DNA from: a virus
Lineage: Duplodnaviria; Caudoviricetes
Reading direction: 5' to 3' (one strand)
DNA: 64,000 nt
Virus record (IMG/VR): IMGVR_UViG_3300043013_000026
Span: 45,335 to 109,334 of that record
Part shown: positions 9,751-20,628 of the stretch, one piece after another
How positions within the stretch are numbered: position 1 is the stretch's first letter
Layout of the letters: every line of letters starts with the position of its first letter
The notes under the pieces: model-generated
The model's input: only the letters and a program-made list of their open reading frames with translations
Told to the model about the DNA's origin: nothing
Databases searched by the model: none
Position numbers and translations under genes: made by a program

Positions 9751-11160
9751 ATGATGGATCAAGACAACGCACGTTCAATCTTCAGCGTGTTTGCCGCCTC
9801 TCAAGAAACATTCGAGGAAGCAAAAAAGAAGAGCAGTGAAGAAAGTAGAAAGAAAGCCTCATTCTTCCGTTTTGCCAAAGATGGCACTTACAGTATTCGT
9901 ATTCTCCCCCTTGCACCGGTTATGGACAAGGATGGCAATTTCCTTCCTTTGGACCGTAAGGGCTACGAATATCCCCTCCGTTCTCTGATGCTCAAGATTG
10001 AGAACAACAAGAAGCTCATCAAGGGCAAACCCGAAATCCACTACGTTACAGTCTGCAACGCTAAGTACGCCTTCAAAGACATTGAAGCAGACCTTATCGA
10101 CACCTATGTATCAACCGCATGTGAGCAATACGCCGACGATGAAGCTCTTTGCAAAAAACTCCGCGAGGGCAGTTTCTCAGGTGGCCTCAAATGGGATTCA
10201 CGTCGCTGCATGTACATTATTGACCTCGACAATGTAGGTGACGGTATCCAAATCCTTCAACTTTCCTACTCTCAGTACAAGGACCTGGAAGAACGCAAGC
10301 TCAACCTTTGGGGCAAGCTCAACAAGAATGGCAAAAACGTCCCCTGTCCTATCTCGTCAATCGACGCTGCTTATCCGGTCGAAATTATCCGCAAGACTGA
10401 AAATGGCAAAGCAAGCTACAGCTTTAACATTGACACTGTAGCCGACAAGCATATCCTCGAAGAAACAACCCTTCAGAACCTGCTTGACATGCCTCGCCTG
10501 CCGGAGCAAATCTATCGCTACACTCGCTATCACCTCGAAGCTACTGTTGCATATCTCACCCAGTTGGATGAGAAATTCGACATCGACGTTGTAAACACTG
10601 ACGCGGTTCAGAATTGCATCGCTCAAATCAAGCTTCTTCTCCCTGCTGACGACCAATCTCACTTCACTCTTGGCGACAAGGATGGTGACGACTCAGACGC
10701 AAATGCCAACGACATCGACTCGCTCTGGAAACGTTACGATGAACTCGTAGCTGCTGACCTCGATGACCAGACCGCAGAAGGTCAGGAACTCCGCACTGCA
10801 ATCTTGGCGTTCATCGACGCTAACGGTCTTGAGGTTAAGGTTGGTCGCAAGAAAACCAATGAGGACATCCTCAACGAAATCGAAGACGAGTTGGCTGCTA
10901 TTGCCGATGAAGCAGATGAGGACGAGGAACCCGCTAAGCCTGCTTCAAAGCGCAAGCCTGAGCCCGAACCTGAAGCTGATGATGATGAAGACGATGACGA
11001 GCCTGAAACACCAGCTGACGAACCAGAAGACGATGAAGATGATGAGCCGGAGGAACAACCGGAACACACATCTCGCCGTCGCAGCCGCAACGATGACACT
11101 AACGAACCTGCTGTTCGTGGAAGCCGCCGTGGAGCTCGTCCTCCTCGCCGCCGTGACTAA
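9751..11160 (+). CDS. Phage single-stranded DNA-binding protein (gp32-like) with acidic tail
   Basis: 'FFRFAKDGTYSIRILP' N-terminal motif, long acidic C-terminus, head of replication operon. Confidence 0.6.
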   Translation: MMDQDNARSIFSVFAASQETFEEAKKKSSEESRKKASFFRFAKDGTYSIRILPLAPVMDKDGNFLPLDRKGYEYPLRSLMLKIENNKKLIKGKPEIHYVTVCNAKYAFKDIEADLIDTYVSTACEQYADDEALCKKLREGSFSGGLKWDSRRCMYIIDLDNVGDGIQILQLSYSQYKDLEERKLNLWGKLNKNGKNVPCPISSIDAAYPVEIIRKTENGKASYSFNIDTVADKHILEETTLQNLLDMPRLPEQIYRYTRYHLEATVAYLTQLDEKFDIDVVNTDAVQNCIAQIKLLLPADDQSHFTLGDKDGDDSDANANDIDSLWKRYDELVAADLDDQTAEGQELRTAILAFIDANGLEVKVGRKKTNEDILNEIEDELAAIADEADEDEEPAKPASKRKPEPEPEADDDEDDDEPETPADEPEDDEDDEPEEQPEHTSRRRSRNDDTNEPAVRGSRRGARPPRRRD

Positions 11161-11176
11161 TCTCAACATCACTAAT

Positions 11177-11213
11177 TAAAATGTTCGCCCAGTATTGTCT
11201 GGGCGGGCATTTT
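11177..11213 (+). terminator. Stem-loop after the SSB gene
   Basis: AAAATGTTCGCCCAG...CTGGGCGGGCATTTT. Confidence 0.55.
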
Positions 11214-11231
11214 CCTAACATCCTCTACATT

Positions 11232-12281
11232 ATGTTGAAATGCTTTCCATGTGCGTTGTTGATAAATGACATTCACGTCAGCAAGGACAATATCGCAGAG
11301 TTCCATAAAAACTGGGATGAAGCACTTGAGATTTGCAAGGCTAATAAAATCCAATACTTGATTGTTGGTGGCGATATGTGGCTCTCACGTAGTGCGCAAA
11401 CATTGGCAACGCTTATTGCCGTCAGAGATGCAATCCTGAAGGCAACCAAAATATATGACTTGTATGTGGTTATTGCAAATGGCAATCACTGCAAGGTTAA
11501 TCAGGAAGATATTGCAGGCTATAGTCATATCTTCTCAGACTACGAATCGGTCGAAGTGGTAAACGAGTTTACTTCGATTGAACTTTCGGACTCTACTTCA
11601 ATATGGATTATGAGCTACTTCCCTGAGAATGGTTCGTTCATCCAGCATTATGAAGCGGTTAAAGCCCATCTTGAAGGACACCGCAGCGCTTATAATGTCT
11701 TATATATCCATGAAGGCATTAGAGGTGGCTTAGCAACACCCAGTGATGATGAGCTACCGGCTAATTTGTTTAGCGATTTTGATGCTACTTTTGTAGGCCA
11801 TTACCACAATCGTAAACGAGTACCAGGCACCAACATCGAATATATTGGCGCTTCTCGTCAGCACAATTTTGGCGAAGATGAGGAAAAAGGCTACACCATA
11901 CTTAATTCAGACGGTTCGATTAAGTTTATCAAGAACGAGGTCAACCAGCGCTATCTCGTTCTTGAGGTCGATATTGCAGATATGGACGATGACTTTATGG
12001 CTCGTTTAGCAGAAATCAAAGCAGACAGCCGATACAAGGTCAAAGTACGTATCAAATGTGACTCAGCTCAGTCATCTTCTGTCAATAAGCAAAAGCTGGC
12101 AGAATGTGGCGCAAATAAAATTGAGCTTGTGACAGAGCAAACCGAAGTGATGAACGCAAATCATCAAGCCATCACTCAGAAGTTTGACAAGTCCGGCATT
12201 AAAGAGGAGTACACTAATTTTTGTGCTCAGAAATCAATCGACAATCAACTGGGACTCCATTATCTCGAAAAACTGAATTAA
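11232..12281 (+). CDS. sbcD: Mre11/SbcD-like metallophosphoesterase nuclease
   Basis: DIH, GGD, GNH, GHYH motifs; adjacent to SbcC. Confidence 0.88.
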   Translation: MLKCFPCALLINDIHVSKDNIAEFHKNWDEALEICKANKIQYLIVGGDMWLSRSAQTLATLIAVRDAILKATKIYDLYVVIANGNHCKVNQEDIAGYSHIFSDYESVEVVNEFTSIELSDSTSIWIMSYFPENGSFIQHYEAVKAHLEGHRSAYNVLYIHEGIRGGLATPSDDELPANLFSDFDATFVGHYHNRKRVPGTNIEYIGASRQHNFGEDEEKGYTILNSDGSIKFIKNEVNQRYLVLEVDIADMDDDFMARLAEIKADSRYKVKVRIKCDSAQSSSVNKQKLAECGANKIELVTEQTEVMNANHQAITQKFDKSGIKEEYTNFCAQKSIDNQLGLHYLEKLN

Positions 12282-12283
12282 GT

Positions 12284-14620
12284 ATGTGGCACTTGAAATC
12301 CATTCACGCTAACAATCTGTGCTCTTTCCTGGAGATGGATTATACTCTCAAGCAAGGAGAGGCAACACTTATCTTTGGTAACAACTTGGATAGCGATTCC
12401 CAGAACTCTAATGGCTCTGGTAAATCAGCCCTTATTGAAGCCATCGCTATCGCATTGACCGGTGAGCCTTTGCGCAAGGTCAATGTCGATGAAATTATTA
12501 ACGATACACAGGACGAAGCAGCGATTTCTGCCGTTCTGACCAATGACATACTGGGAGAGCAAATGACTATCAATCGCAAGCTCTCTCGTAAACAGCCTCA
12601 ACTCATCCAAATTCTCAAGCAAACCGGAGAATTTGATAGCGAGGTTGAAGAAATTAGTCAAGCTACTGTTGCGGACTACAACAAGTATATTCTCGATCAA
12701 CTTGGTTTGACTAAAGACGATATATTTGCGAACTTCATCCTGACTGCTCGCAAATACAAATCTTTTCTCTCCAGCTCTGACAAGGAGAAGAAAGAGATTA
12801 TCAACCGCTTCAGCAACGGCGTATTGGTAGATGAGTCTATCGAAGAACTTCATACCGATATGGCGCCGGTCCAAGAGGAATTGAACAAAGCTGAAAAAGA
12901 GGTAGCCACATGCACAGGTAGAGTTGAGGCTCTTGCAGGTGAGATTGAAAAGACTATCAACGAGTCAGCGGAACGTAAAGCTACTAACGCTTCCAGAATC
13001 AAAAACTGGGAGGACGCTATTGTTGCAAAGCGTTCAGAAATTCGCTCTGTATCGGACAATATCGCTAAGGTCGAAGATAGTTTAGATTTGCTCGACGCTC
13101 TTGATAAAGCCATGCAAAAATTAGAGAAAGGCAAATCTGATGCTAACGAGGCTCTTGAAACAATCAACGAGCAATTCAAAGCAAATGATTTGGCTTTGAC
13201 TACCGATTATGCTCGTGAAATTGTTGTTCTCCACTCTCAGTACGAGCAAGCTCAAAAGACTGTTGAAGAAGCCAACCAAGAGGTTGAAAAGCTTCAAACT
13301 GCTTTGAAAGACGCTGAGAAGGAGCGTGACCAAGCTCTTAAAACTCTCAACGCAAAGTTCAATAAGAACAAAAAAGACAGTGAAGATTGTGCCAGCAGTC
13401 TATCTAAGCTTTCTACTGAGGTGCGTGAGCTTCAGAAAAAAGCGGATGATTTAACTGCTGAGCGCACATCTACAAAAAATCTGTGCATGACGCTTTCAAA
13501 CCAATTAGCCGGCGTTATTGAGTGTCCGAAATGTAAGCATGAGTTTATACTCAACTCTCAGCTTGATGTTACAGACGCTCGCCATAAACTCGACACTCTC
13601 CAAGAAGCCTTGCGTCAAATCGCAAACAAGATTGAAGAGAATGAGGCAAAGTATAACAAAGTTGTGGCTGATGGCAAGAAACAACGTGAAGCAGAAGTTA
13701 CTCTTGACGAAGAACGTCGCGCTCTTAACCAAGAAAGTCGCGACATCGCTGCTAAATATGAGGCTGCTGCTAACAAATGCGATGATTGTTCCAAGAAGGT
13801 TGAGCAGATCAGCGCAAGCTTGAAAGACGTTCAAAACAAGATTTCGAGAATCCGCAAACGTATTTTTGACGATGTGTTTGAAGTGATTGACGAAGCTTAC
13901 AAACGTCGTGAGGCTGCTATCAAATCGTATGAGGAAGACATTGAAACTCTAAAAGGCTCTATCTCATCGTTTGAGAACGCCATCCAGCAAGCTAAGAGTG
14001 CATCTGAAGAAGATATGCTCATCTCTCTCAAAGAAAGTCAAGAACAATACCAAAAGGAGCTTCAGACCGCTATCCAAGTTAAGAATGAGGTAGAAGGTCG
14101 CTTGAGTGAATTGCAAGCTCAGGAAGCCACTTTTGTAGAGTTCAAAACTTATCTTGCAAATACAAAAATCAATGCCATCTCCCAGATAACCAACGAGTTC
14201 CTGGAGACCATTGGCAGCGACATACGAGTTGCGTTGTCCGGATACACAGTGCTTAAATCCGGCAAAGTGCGTGACAAAATTTCCGTATCACTTTTACGTG
14301 ACGGTGTGGACTGCGGTTCATTTGAAAAGTTCTCAGCTGGAGAACGAGTACGAGTTGAACTTGCAAGTATCCTAAGCATGAACCAGTTGACGAATATGAA
14401 CTGCGAAGATGGGAAGGGCTTGGACCTTCTTATCGCTGATGAAGTTCTTGATAGTGCCGACGAGCAAGGTCTCGCCAGTGTATTCAAAGCACTTAATAAA
14501 ACACAGCTCACTTCATTAGTGGTTAGCCACGGTTTGACAAACGAAGGCTACCCCAACAAAATTACTGTAGTTAAAAGTAATGGGGTATCCTCTATTTATG
14601 AAACCAATCACATCATCTGA
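12284..14620 (+). CDS. sbcC: Rad50/SbcC-like SMC ATPase
   Basis: Walker A NGSGKS, coiled coils, CPKC hook, FSAGE signature, Walker B IADEVLD. Confidence 0.92.
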   Translation: MWHLKSIHANNLCSFLEMDYTLKQGEATLIFGNNLDSDSQNSNGSGKSALIEAIAIALTGEPLRKVNVDEIINDTQDEAAISAVLTNDILGEQMTINRKLSRKQPQLIQILKQTGEFDSEVEEISQATVADYNKYILDQLGLTKDDIFANFILTARKYKSFLSSSDKEKKEIINRFSNGVLVDESIEELHTDMAPVQEELNKAEKEVATCTGRVEALAGEIEKTINESAERKATNASRIKNWEDAIVAKRSEIRSVSDNIAKVEDSLDLLDALDKAMQKLEKGKSDANEALETINEQFKANDLALTTDYAREIVVLHSQYEQAQKTVEEANQEVEKLQTALKDAEKERDQALKTLNAKFNKNKKDSEDCASSLSKLSTEVRELQKKADDLTAERTSTKNLCMTLSNQLAGVIECPKCKHEFILNSQLDVTDARHKLDTLQEALRQIANKIEENEAKYNKVVADGKKQREAEVTLDEERRALNQESRDIAAKYEAAANKCDDCSKKVEQISASLKDVQNKISRIRKRIFDDVFEVIDEAYKRREAAIKSYEEDIETLKGSISSFENAIQQAKSASEEDMLISLKESQEQYQKELQTAIQVKNEVEGRLSELQAQEATFVEFKTYLANTKINAISQITNEFLETIGSDIRVALSGYTVLKSGKVRDKISVSLLRDGVDCGSFEKFSAGERVRVELASILSMNQLTNMNCEDGKGLDLLIADEVLDSADEQGLASVFKALNKTQLTSLVVSHGLTNEGYPNKITVVKSNGVSSIYETNHII

Positions 14621-15080
14621 ACGATTAAATCGAAACCAAGTTGCAGCCCTGGACATCGCAACTCACACAGGATTTTTCTGCTTAAATGAGCGAGGTACTT
14701 GGGATTTCACCGAGTCCATGCGTCGCAACAACAATAAGCAACACAAAGCCTTTCGTGACACCTTAATTGATTTTATTCAACGCAATGACATCAAACAAAT
14801 AGTCGCCGAAGACGTTAGTGTAAACAATCATTTCACAGACACCAGAAAACTGTCTGAATTTCGTGGAATTTTATTCGAGGTGTGCGACACTCTCGATCTT
14901 CCGGAGCCTGTCTTTATTAATCCTATGACTGTCAAAAAGTTTGCCACTGGAGATGGTCACGCTAAGAAGGACAAGATGATTCAATTCTGTAAGCTCCGAT
15001 GGCAAATTGAGCCCGGCGACGACAACGAGGCCGACGCAATACACATATTCTTTTGTTACATCAAGCGTTTTAACCTCTGA
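14598..15080 (+). CDS. ruvC: RuvC-like Holliday junction resolvase
   Basis: 'ALDIATHTG', 'VAED', 'PMTVKKFATGDGHAKK', 'NEADA'. Confidence 0.8.
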   Translation: MKPITSSERLNRNQVAALDIATHTGFFCLNERGTWDFTESMRRNNNKQHKAFRDTLIDFIQRNDIKQIVAEDVSVNNHFTDTRKLSEFRGILFEVCDTLDLPEPVFINPMTVKKFATGDGHAKKDKMIQFCKLRWQIEPGDDNEADAIHIFFCYIKRFNL

Positions 15081-15084
15081 AATC

Positions 15085-15366
15085 ATGCAACGACCAATCA
15101 CGAATCACAGTGTTTCACCGGTACCATCGAAAGAAGTAAAGAAGCATAAGAAAGCTCTAAATGCTCATCTGAAGGAATTTTTTAAGCTACTTGACTCTCG
15201 TCCCAAACCGACCACAGAGACAATCCGAGCTGAGTTCATAAGACATGAAGCGGAGTGGCATCTCTACTGCGCTAAGCATCGTCTTGGGGCACGTTTAGCA
15301 GAGTTGTTCAACGCTAACGTGTCGCTCGAATGGGAACGAAAGTACACTGCCCAACAGAACCAGTAA
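15085..15366 (+). CDS. Hypothetical protein
   Basis: ORF in operon; ATG at 15085. Confidence 0.55.
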   Translation: MQRPITNHSVSPVPSKEVKKHKKALNAHLKEFFKLLDSRPKPTTETIRAEFIRHEAEWHLYCAKHRLGARLAELFNANVSLEWERKYTAQQNQ

Positions 15367-15983
15367 CTGATCCGGAGAGTGACCCCGAAGTAATTGCTCG
15401 CAGGACAGCGCTATTTAACAAGTACATCACGCCATTCATCAACATGATATTTAAGCTTGTTGTGCGATATTCAAATAGCCCTGATAACGTTGAAGAAAAC
15501 TATTCTGAGGTGTTGGTAAATTTCTATCGTTACATTGAAACTTACGACCCCAGTCGTCCGATTAGAACGTGGATTCACATTTGCGTTAAACGACAGGTTT
15601 TTGCCTGTGAACGCCAGCGTCAAGCCCACAATAATAAGGACTACGACAACGACATTGAGGATTACGAGGAAGAACTCTTTGCTGATGACCACATCAGCAG
15701 TAATATGCTTGGTGTGGATAACTGGAGAGAGCTATACAGTGCAGACATAGTTTCAGTGCTGGATGAACTCAAACCACGTCATCGGGATGCTCTAATTCTG
15801 CAAGAAGCAGGATACTCTCTAAAGGAAATTGCGGAGATTGAATATGCTAAAGGTTCACTAAAAACTCCGAACATCGAAACGATTAAAAGCCGACTTAGAT
15901 TGGCCCGACAACACTTAAAAAACAATATCACAAGAGATGGTAAACGAATACCTCGTCAAGCAGACGCTGAAGATGTTCCATGA
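15330..15983 (+). CDS. Phage-encoded ECF-type sigma-70 factor
   Basis: Region 2 'FYRYIETYDPSRPIRTWI'; region 4 'GYSLKEIAE...TIKSRLRLAR'. Confidence 0.8.
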   Translation: MGTKVHCPTEPVTDPESDPEVIARRTALFNKYITPFINMIFKLVVRYSNSPDNVEENYSEVLVNFYRYIETYDPSRPIRTWIHICVKRQVFACERQRQAHNNKDYDNDIEDYEEELFADDHISSNMLGVDNWRELYSADIVSVLDELKPRHRDALILQEAGYSLKEIAEIEYAKGSLKTPNIETIKSRLRLARQHLKNNITRDGKRIPRQADAEDVP

Positions 15984-16524
15984 GATTGCGTCTAAGCTTA
16001 TCCACCCAGGTTACAAGCTCCCCCAAGGCGGGGAGCCAACCAGGGTGATACGCACGGCATTGCAACGATTGGAAAAACAATATGGGGCGCTTACAGGACA
16101 GCGTATCGTGGACTACGTGATATGTTCGGCTCATGCTTTCAAAGACCGTGGGTCTAATTGGAAGCTGAACCAAGTGTTCGGACCGAAATCTATGGAACGG
16201 TTCAACACCGATAAGGGGCGTGTCTATTACGAGAATAAATGGCTGAGCGGCGCAGATTTGAGCCGCAACGATTTATTGTCGATGATAGTGGACCGCAGCG
16301 AACATCCGAAAGCAAAGTACGTCTTGGTTCCCAGTGAAGAAGGGACAAAGATGAGATTGCTCAACCGCGAAGTAGGATTTGTCATTTGCCAGACTTCTAC
16401 TTTAGGTTGGTCTCCGCTTTCTGAGGCTTGTTCCCAGTGCAATTTTATAGAAAAATGTAAAGAAGAAACGCAAAAAAAATTCCCGGAGATATACCGGTTA
16501 AGAACAGAATATGTCAGCAAGTAA
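15937..16524 (+). CDS. Hypothetical protein with C-terminal Cys cluster
   Basis: ORF directly upstream of the helicase; CxxCxxxxxC. Confidence 0.6.
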   Translation: MVNEYLVKQTLKMFHEIASKLIHPGYKLPQGGEPTRVIRTALQRLEKQYGALTGQRIVDYVICSAHAFKDRGSNWKLNQVFGPKSMERFNTDKGRVYYENKWLSGADLSRNDLLSMIVDRSEHPKAKYVLVPSEEGTKMRLLNREVGFVICQTSTLGWSPLSEACSQCNFIEKCKEETQKKFPEIYRLRTEYVSK

Positions 16525-17857
16525 TAAAACAAACGTACTATCAGAGGCTTTCATCGAAGACTTGTTCATCACATGTATCGAGGATAGCTACATTCTTTCA
16601 ATGGTATGTGAGTATCTGGAGGAGGAACATCTTCCTGACAGAAATACAGCTGCTGTTTTGAAGGCTTTTAAGGACTACTATAGGGAGTATCGCCGTGTTC
16701 CCAACTACTCTATCATCCAGCAAAAACTGGCTGGTAAGAATGGTGCTCTCAGGTTCTGGAAGGAAGCGTATGATGATGGAGAAGCGTTTGATACCGATGA
16801 ATGTCTTGGATTGCTGGAAGAATATTTGAAACGAGTTGAATTTCAGAAGGTATATAAGAAAGCCGGCGAAATTTACAACCGTGACGGACTTGAAAATGCT
16901 CAGACAGAACTATCTAAATACATTGATTGGGTTCGCACATTTTCATTAACAGAATCGACATTTACCGATGTGATTAACACGTTTACATCACGTCACATTC
17001 AAAATAGAGCTAAGAATAATGCTCGCGGTGCAATCAGGGCAATTACCAGATTCTACATCGACGAGCTCGATCATCTCAATCAAGACCGTGACTTGCGTGG
17101 TCAGCTCTCTTGCATACTTGCCCCGACCGGCGTAGGTAAGAGTCACGCATCACGATGGATTGGGTCTCAGGCATGTATCGACGGATTTAACGTACTGCAT
17201 TTCCAGCTGGAAGGTAGCCGTGAGGAAGTTGAAAATGCCTACTCCGCAGCGCTCGTAGCCTGTAACGCTTATAGTTATGAGAAAGGCTTTATCAAGGATA
17301 AGGATATGGACGAGTTCGCTAAGGAGATTGAAGATATTGCCGGCAAGTTGTTCGTGCGCAGTTATCCTAAATTTAACCAGCATGTATCGACTATCAATAT
17401 CAAGGAAGCCATTGCAGAGTTCCGCAAGAACTACAATGTGAAGCCCGACATCATTATCATAGACTCGATGGACCTGCTTACGGACTCATCAGGTCGCAAA
17501 TATGGTGATAGCGGTGAGCGTTTGAAACGTATTGCAGTTGCCAATGACCTTAAAGATATTGCCAGCGAGGAAGAAGTCTGGGTGGTGACAACATATCAGG
17601 CCCGTATCGAAAATCCTGATTGGGTTAATGATGAGAAAAATGTATTGACTGAGTATTCTTCATCAGAGGCAAAAGGTATTGCTCAGCCGATGACTCACCT
17701 CATCACGCTTAACCAGTCAGCTAACGAGCGCAGAGAAAAGACCATGCGTATTCACATAGCAAAGAGCCGTTTCTTCACGAAAGGAGATACGTTCAAAATT
17801 GCTACCGATTACGACCACGAGAGATTTTTTGACCGTCAACGAACCGCTAACTTATAA
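16511..17857 (+). CDS. dnaB: Replicative DNA helicase (DnaB/gp41-like)
   Basis: Walker A APTGVGKS, 'HFQLE', Walker B IIIIDSMD, 'HIAKSRF'. Confidence 0.88.
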   Translation: MSASNKTNVLSEAFIEDLFITCIEDSYILSMVCEYLEEEHLPDRNTAAVLKAFKDYYREYRRVPNYSIIQQKLAGKNGALRFWKEAYDDGEAFDTDECLGLLEEYLKRVEFQKVYKKAGEIYNRDGLENAQTELSKYIDWVRTFSLTESTFTDVINTFTSRHIQNRAKNNARGAIRAITRFYIDELDHLNQDRDLRGQLSCILAPTGVGKSHASRWIGSQACIDGFNVLHFQLEGSREEVENAYSAALVACNAYSYEKGFIKDKDMDEFAKEIEDIAGKLFVRSYPKFNQHVSTINIKEAIAEFRKNYNVKPDIIIIDSMDLLTDSSGRKYGDSGERLKRIAVANDLKDIASEEEVWVVTTYQARIENPDWVNDEKNVLTEYSSSEAKGIAQPMTHLITLNQSANERREKTMRIHIAKSRFFTKGDTFKIATDYDHERFFDRQRTANL

Positions 17858-17868
17858 AGACAAGGCTT

Positions 17869-18912
17869 ATGTACATTAGTAAGGAAGAAAAGGATTACTT
17901 AATACGTGAGCTCCAAGTAGAGCTTCACGCAAGGTTAGATGGCGGTCGTAAGAACCTTATTGTGCCTGAGTGTCCTTATTGTGGCAAATCAGGAGGCAAG
18001 TTCGGCATCTACGTCGGTCCTGAAAAAAACAACAAGATATTCGGCATGGGGCATTGCTTTTCATGCGGTCATACTTGCAAAGACCTCAATCGTTTACTTG
18101 AGGATATTGGTCGCCCGGATTTGCAAATCAAGGAAACCGCTCAGTTTACACCGATAGAAGTACCGGAGTTTTTCGGACTGGAAGAAGATGAGATTGACGA
18201 TGAGCTTGCAGTGATAGAAATGCCTGAGTCATGGAAACGCTGCTATAAAAATCCATATCTTAAATCTCGTGGCTTTACGGTTGATGATTACGCTTACTTC
18301 CCAGTTGGCACTACTCGTGGACTGAACTTCAAATTTGACAATTATGTGATATTCCCTATCTATGACAACAACGACATTGTAGGCTATGTTGCACGCCATA
18401 CTTGGAGCAAGGATGAGATTGATGCCCATAACGTGAAAGCAAAACTGAACGGTAAGTATCAAATTCGTCGCTATAATAACAGTATTGAGAACGATTTCGT
18501 CAAGCTACTCTACAATTATGACGCGGTTATCGAAGATGAAACCGACACCGTAATCTTGGTAGAAGGTGTGTTCGATGTTATCGCTCTCACACGAAAACTG
18601 GAGTTGTACGACAATCATCGAATTGTTCCGGTATGCACATTCGGAAAGAAGATTAGTGACACCCAGATTTATAAATTGCAATCTAAGGGTGTGCGAGATA
18701 TAATAGTTGGCTACGATACTGATGCTTCAGATGCAATTAACGTAGCCGCTGACAAATTGAACGAGTACTTTGAGAACGTATTAATCGCAAAGCTCGTAGG
18801 CGAAGGTAAAGACTGGGATGAGGCTTCATTCTGGGATATTTATGACACCTTTTCAGAATCACTTTATACTCCAATCGAATATAAATTGAGCAACGTCGAT
18901 GGCAAAATCTAA
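17869..18912 (+). CDS. dnaG: DNA primase (Zn finger + TOPRIM)
   Basis: CPYC...HCFSC Zn finger; 'LVEGVFD' and 'GYDTD' TOPRIM motifs. Confidence 0.88.
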   Translation: MYISKEEKDYLIRELQVELHARLDGGRKNLIVPECPYCGKSGGKFGIYVGPEKNNKIFGMGHCFSCGHTCKDLNRLLEDIGRPDLQIKETAQFTPIEVPEFFGLEEDEIDDELAVIEMPESWKRCYKNPYLKSRGFTVDDYAYFPVGTTRGLNFKFDNYVIFPIYDNNDIVGYVARHTWSKDEIDAHNVKAKLNGKYQIRRYNNSIENDFVKLLYNYDAVIEDETDTVILVEGVFDVIALTRKLELYDNHRIVPVCTFGKKISDTQIYKLQSKGVRDIIVGYDTDASDAINVAADKLNEYFENVLIAKLVGEGKDWDEASFWDIYDTFSESLYTPIEYKLSNVDGKI

Positions 18913-20626
18913 TCGCATTAATGAGTTATACGATTGGCTGGAGCATAACAAAATCCAGTACTCGCAAGTAGATGCCGATGTCATAGAGATACCGGGACTT
19001 GGTAAGGCGTATTTCCAAGACACCCAGCGATCAACCTACAATTCAATATTCAGAAAGGATCAAGCAGGAGAGCTGATATTTAATAGCCTCGTGCGCCCTG
19101 AAGAATTGCTAAATGACGGCATCGAATACATAATATTCAAGTTTGGTGACAACTTCTACTATCACAACGTTAACAAGGAGTTTGCACTGAATATTCTCAA
19201 GTATGTTGGCGAGCGCACGCCGCTCCAGCACAACGTTCCATTCGTTCATCTGGGCGTACATACTCCGTTTGAATTACTGAACGGTAGCTTTATGCCTGAA
19301 GAATGGATACGCAAAGCTAAATATCTTGGTCACACCGCATTAGGCGTGTGTGATTACAACACTATGGCTGCTTGCTTCATATTCCAGAAAGAATGTGACG
19401 CAGCTGGCATTAAGCCCGTGTTCGGCTATTCTTTGACAGTTGATTGCGGGGATTATAAGTTTGACGCAAAAGTATATGTGCAAACCCAACGAGGATTCCG
19501 CAATCTTCTCAGGATACAGAAGGCTATCATGGTTGACAACGTAGAAGAAAAGACTATCAGCATTGAGGAGTTGCTTAACCGTGCTGAAGGAAACGCTCTT
19601 GTGCTTGACAAATATACGCCTACTTCGCTGAGAGATAACCTTGACCTGATTCCAACGCTAACAGAAGCGTTTGACTCTATCTTCTATCAAGTGGACCTCT
19701 CAGAATACAAAGCTGAGCGCATTGACATCAGAGTGCTTGAGGCTACCAAAACTTATTTCCACGAATGGTATAAGAACGCAAATATGCCACGTCCTATCTT
19801 ACTTAGCGATAGCTACTACCTTGATAAGGACGATGCTAAGAACAAGATTATTCTTAACAAGGTAGCTGATGGTGCAGCGCATGAGCAATCGGATGACCAG
19901 TATTTCAAAGATGCTGACGAGCATTTCGCTTTGTTCGAGGCTCTGTTTAGTGACGCCTGGGATGAGGTTGCAATTTTTAGGGAGTGCGCTCAAAACACAT
20001 TTAAGATTGCTGACAATGCCGTTGGTCGCATGGATACCACCAGGAACTATATGCCGAAGTACGACTTAACTCCTGAAGAAGTGGAGAAGTATGGCACAGC
20101 GCATAACATGTTCACACAACTGTTGGAAGAAGGCTTACAAAAGCTTGCTCCTAAAGACCAGATGGATAAGTATCGTAAGCAGATGGAATACGAGAAGTAT
20201 ATCATTGAGTCAACTGACAATGTGGATTATCTTCTTGTCCAGTACGACACCTGTAACTGGGCCCGCAGCAACAACATTTTCGTAGGTTGTGGTCGTGGTT
20301 CAGCAGCCGGTTCTCTGCTACTTTACCTACTGGGCATAACGCTTATTGACCCTATCAAGTATGACCTCATCTTTGAGCGATTCTTGCTTCCTGAACGTGC
20401 CGGTTTACAGCCAGCAGATACTACGGTTATCGGAAATGACATCGACTCTAAAAAGTTCTTTGCTCTGACGCTTGAAAACGGCAAAACTATCAATGTTGAT
20501 TTTGATGCCGAGTTCATGGTAAAGCGTGGCGACGAAATTGTCAGGGTGTACGCCGACGAGTTAGAAAAAGGCGATGACATCATCTTCGATAACAAAGATA
20601 TTCTTTTTACAATCAACGAGTTATAA
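18899..20626 (+). CDS. dnaE: DNA polymerase III alpha, N-terminal half (PHP + start of palm) ending in a degenerate N-intein-like segment
   Basis: 'HLGVHT', 'GCGRGSAAGSL', 'FERFLLPER' followed by Hint-like 'ADTTV...LTLENGKTI...ADELEKGDDI'. Confidence 0.9.
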   Translation: MAKSNRINELYDWLEHNKIQYSQVDADVIEIPGLGKAYFQDTQRSTYNSIFRKDQAGELIFNSLVRPEELLNDGIEYIIFKFGDNFYYHNVNKEFALNILKYVGERTPLQHNVPFVHLGVHTPFELLNGSFMPEEWIRKAKYLGHTALGVCDYNTMAACFIFQKECDAAGIKPVFGYSLTVDCGDYKFDAKVYVQTQRGFRNLLRIQKAIMVDNVEEKTISIEELLNRAEGNALVLDKYTPTSLRDNLDLIPTLTEAFDSIFYQVDLSEYKAERIDIRVLEATKTYFHEWYKNANMPRPILLSDSYYLDKDDAKNKIILNKVADGAAHEQSDDQYFKDADEHFALFEALFSDAWDEVAIFRECAQNTFKIADNAVGRMDTTRNYMPKYDLTPEEVEKYGTAHNMFTQLLEEGLQKLAPKDQMDKYRKQMEYEKYIIESTDNVDYLLVQYDTCNWARSNNIFVGCGRGSAAGSLLLYLLGITLIDPIKYDLIFERFLLPERAGLQPADTTVIGNDIDSKKFFALTLENGKTINVDFDAEFMVKRGDEIVRVYADELEKGDDIIFDNKDILFTINEL

Positions 20627-20628
20627 TT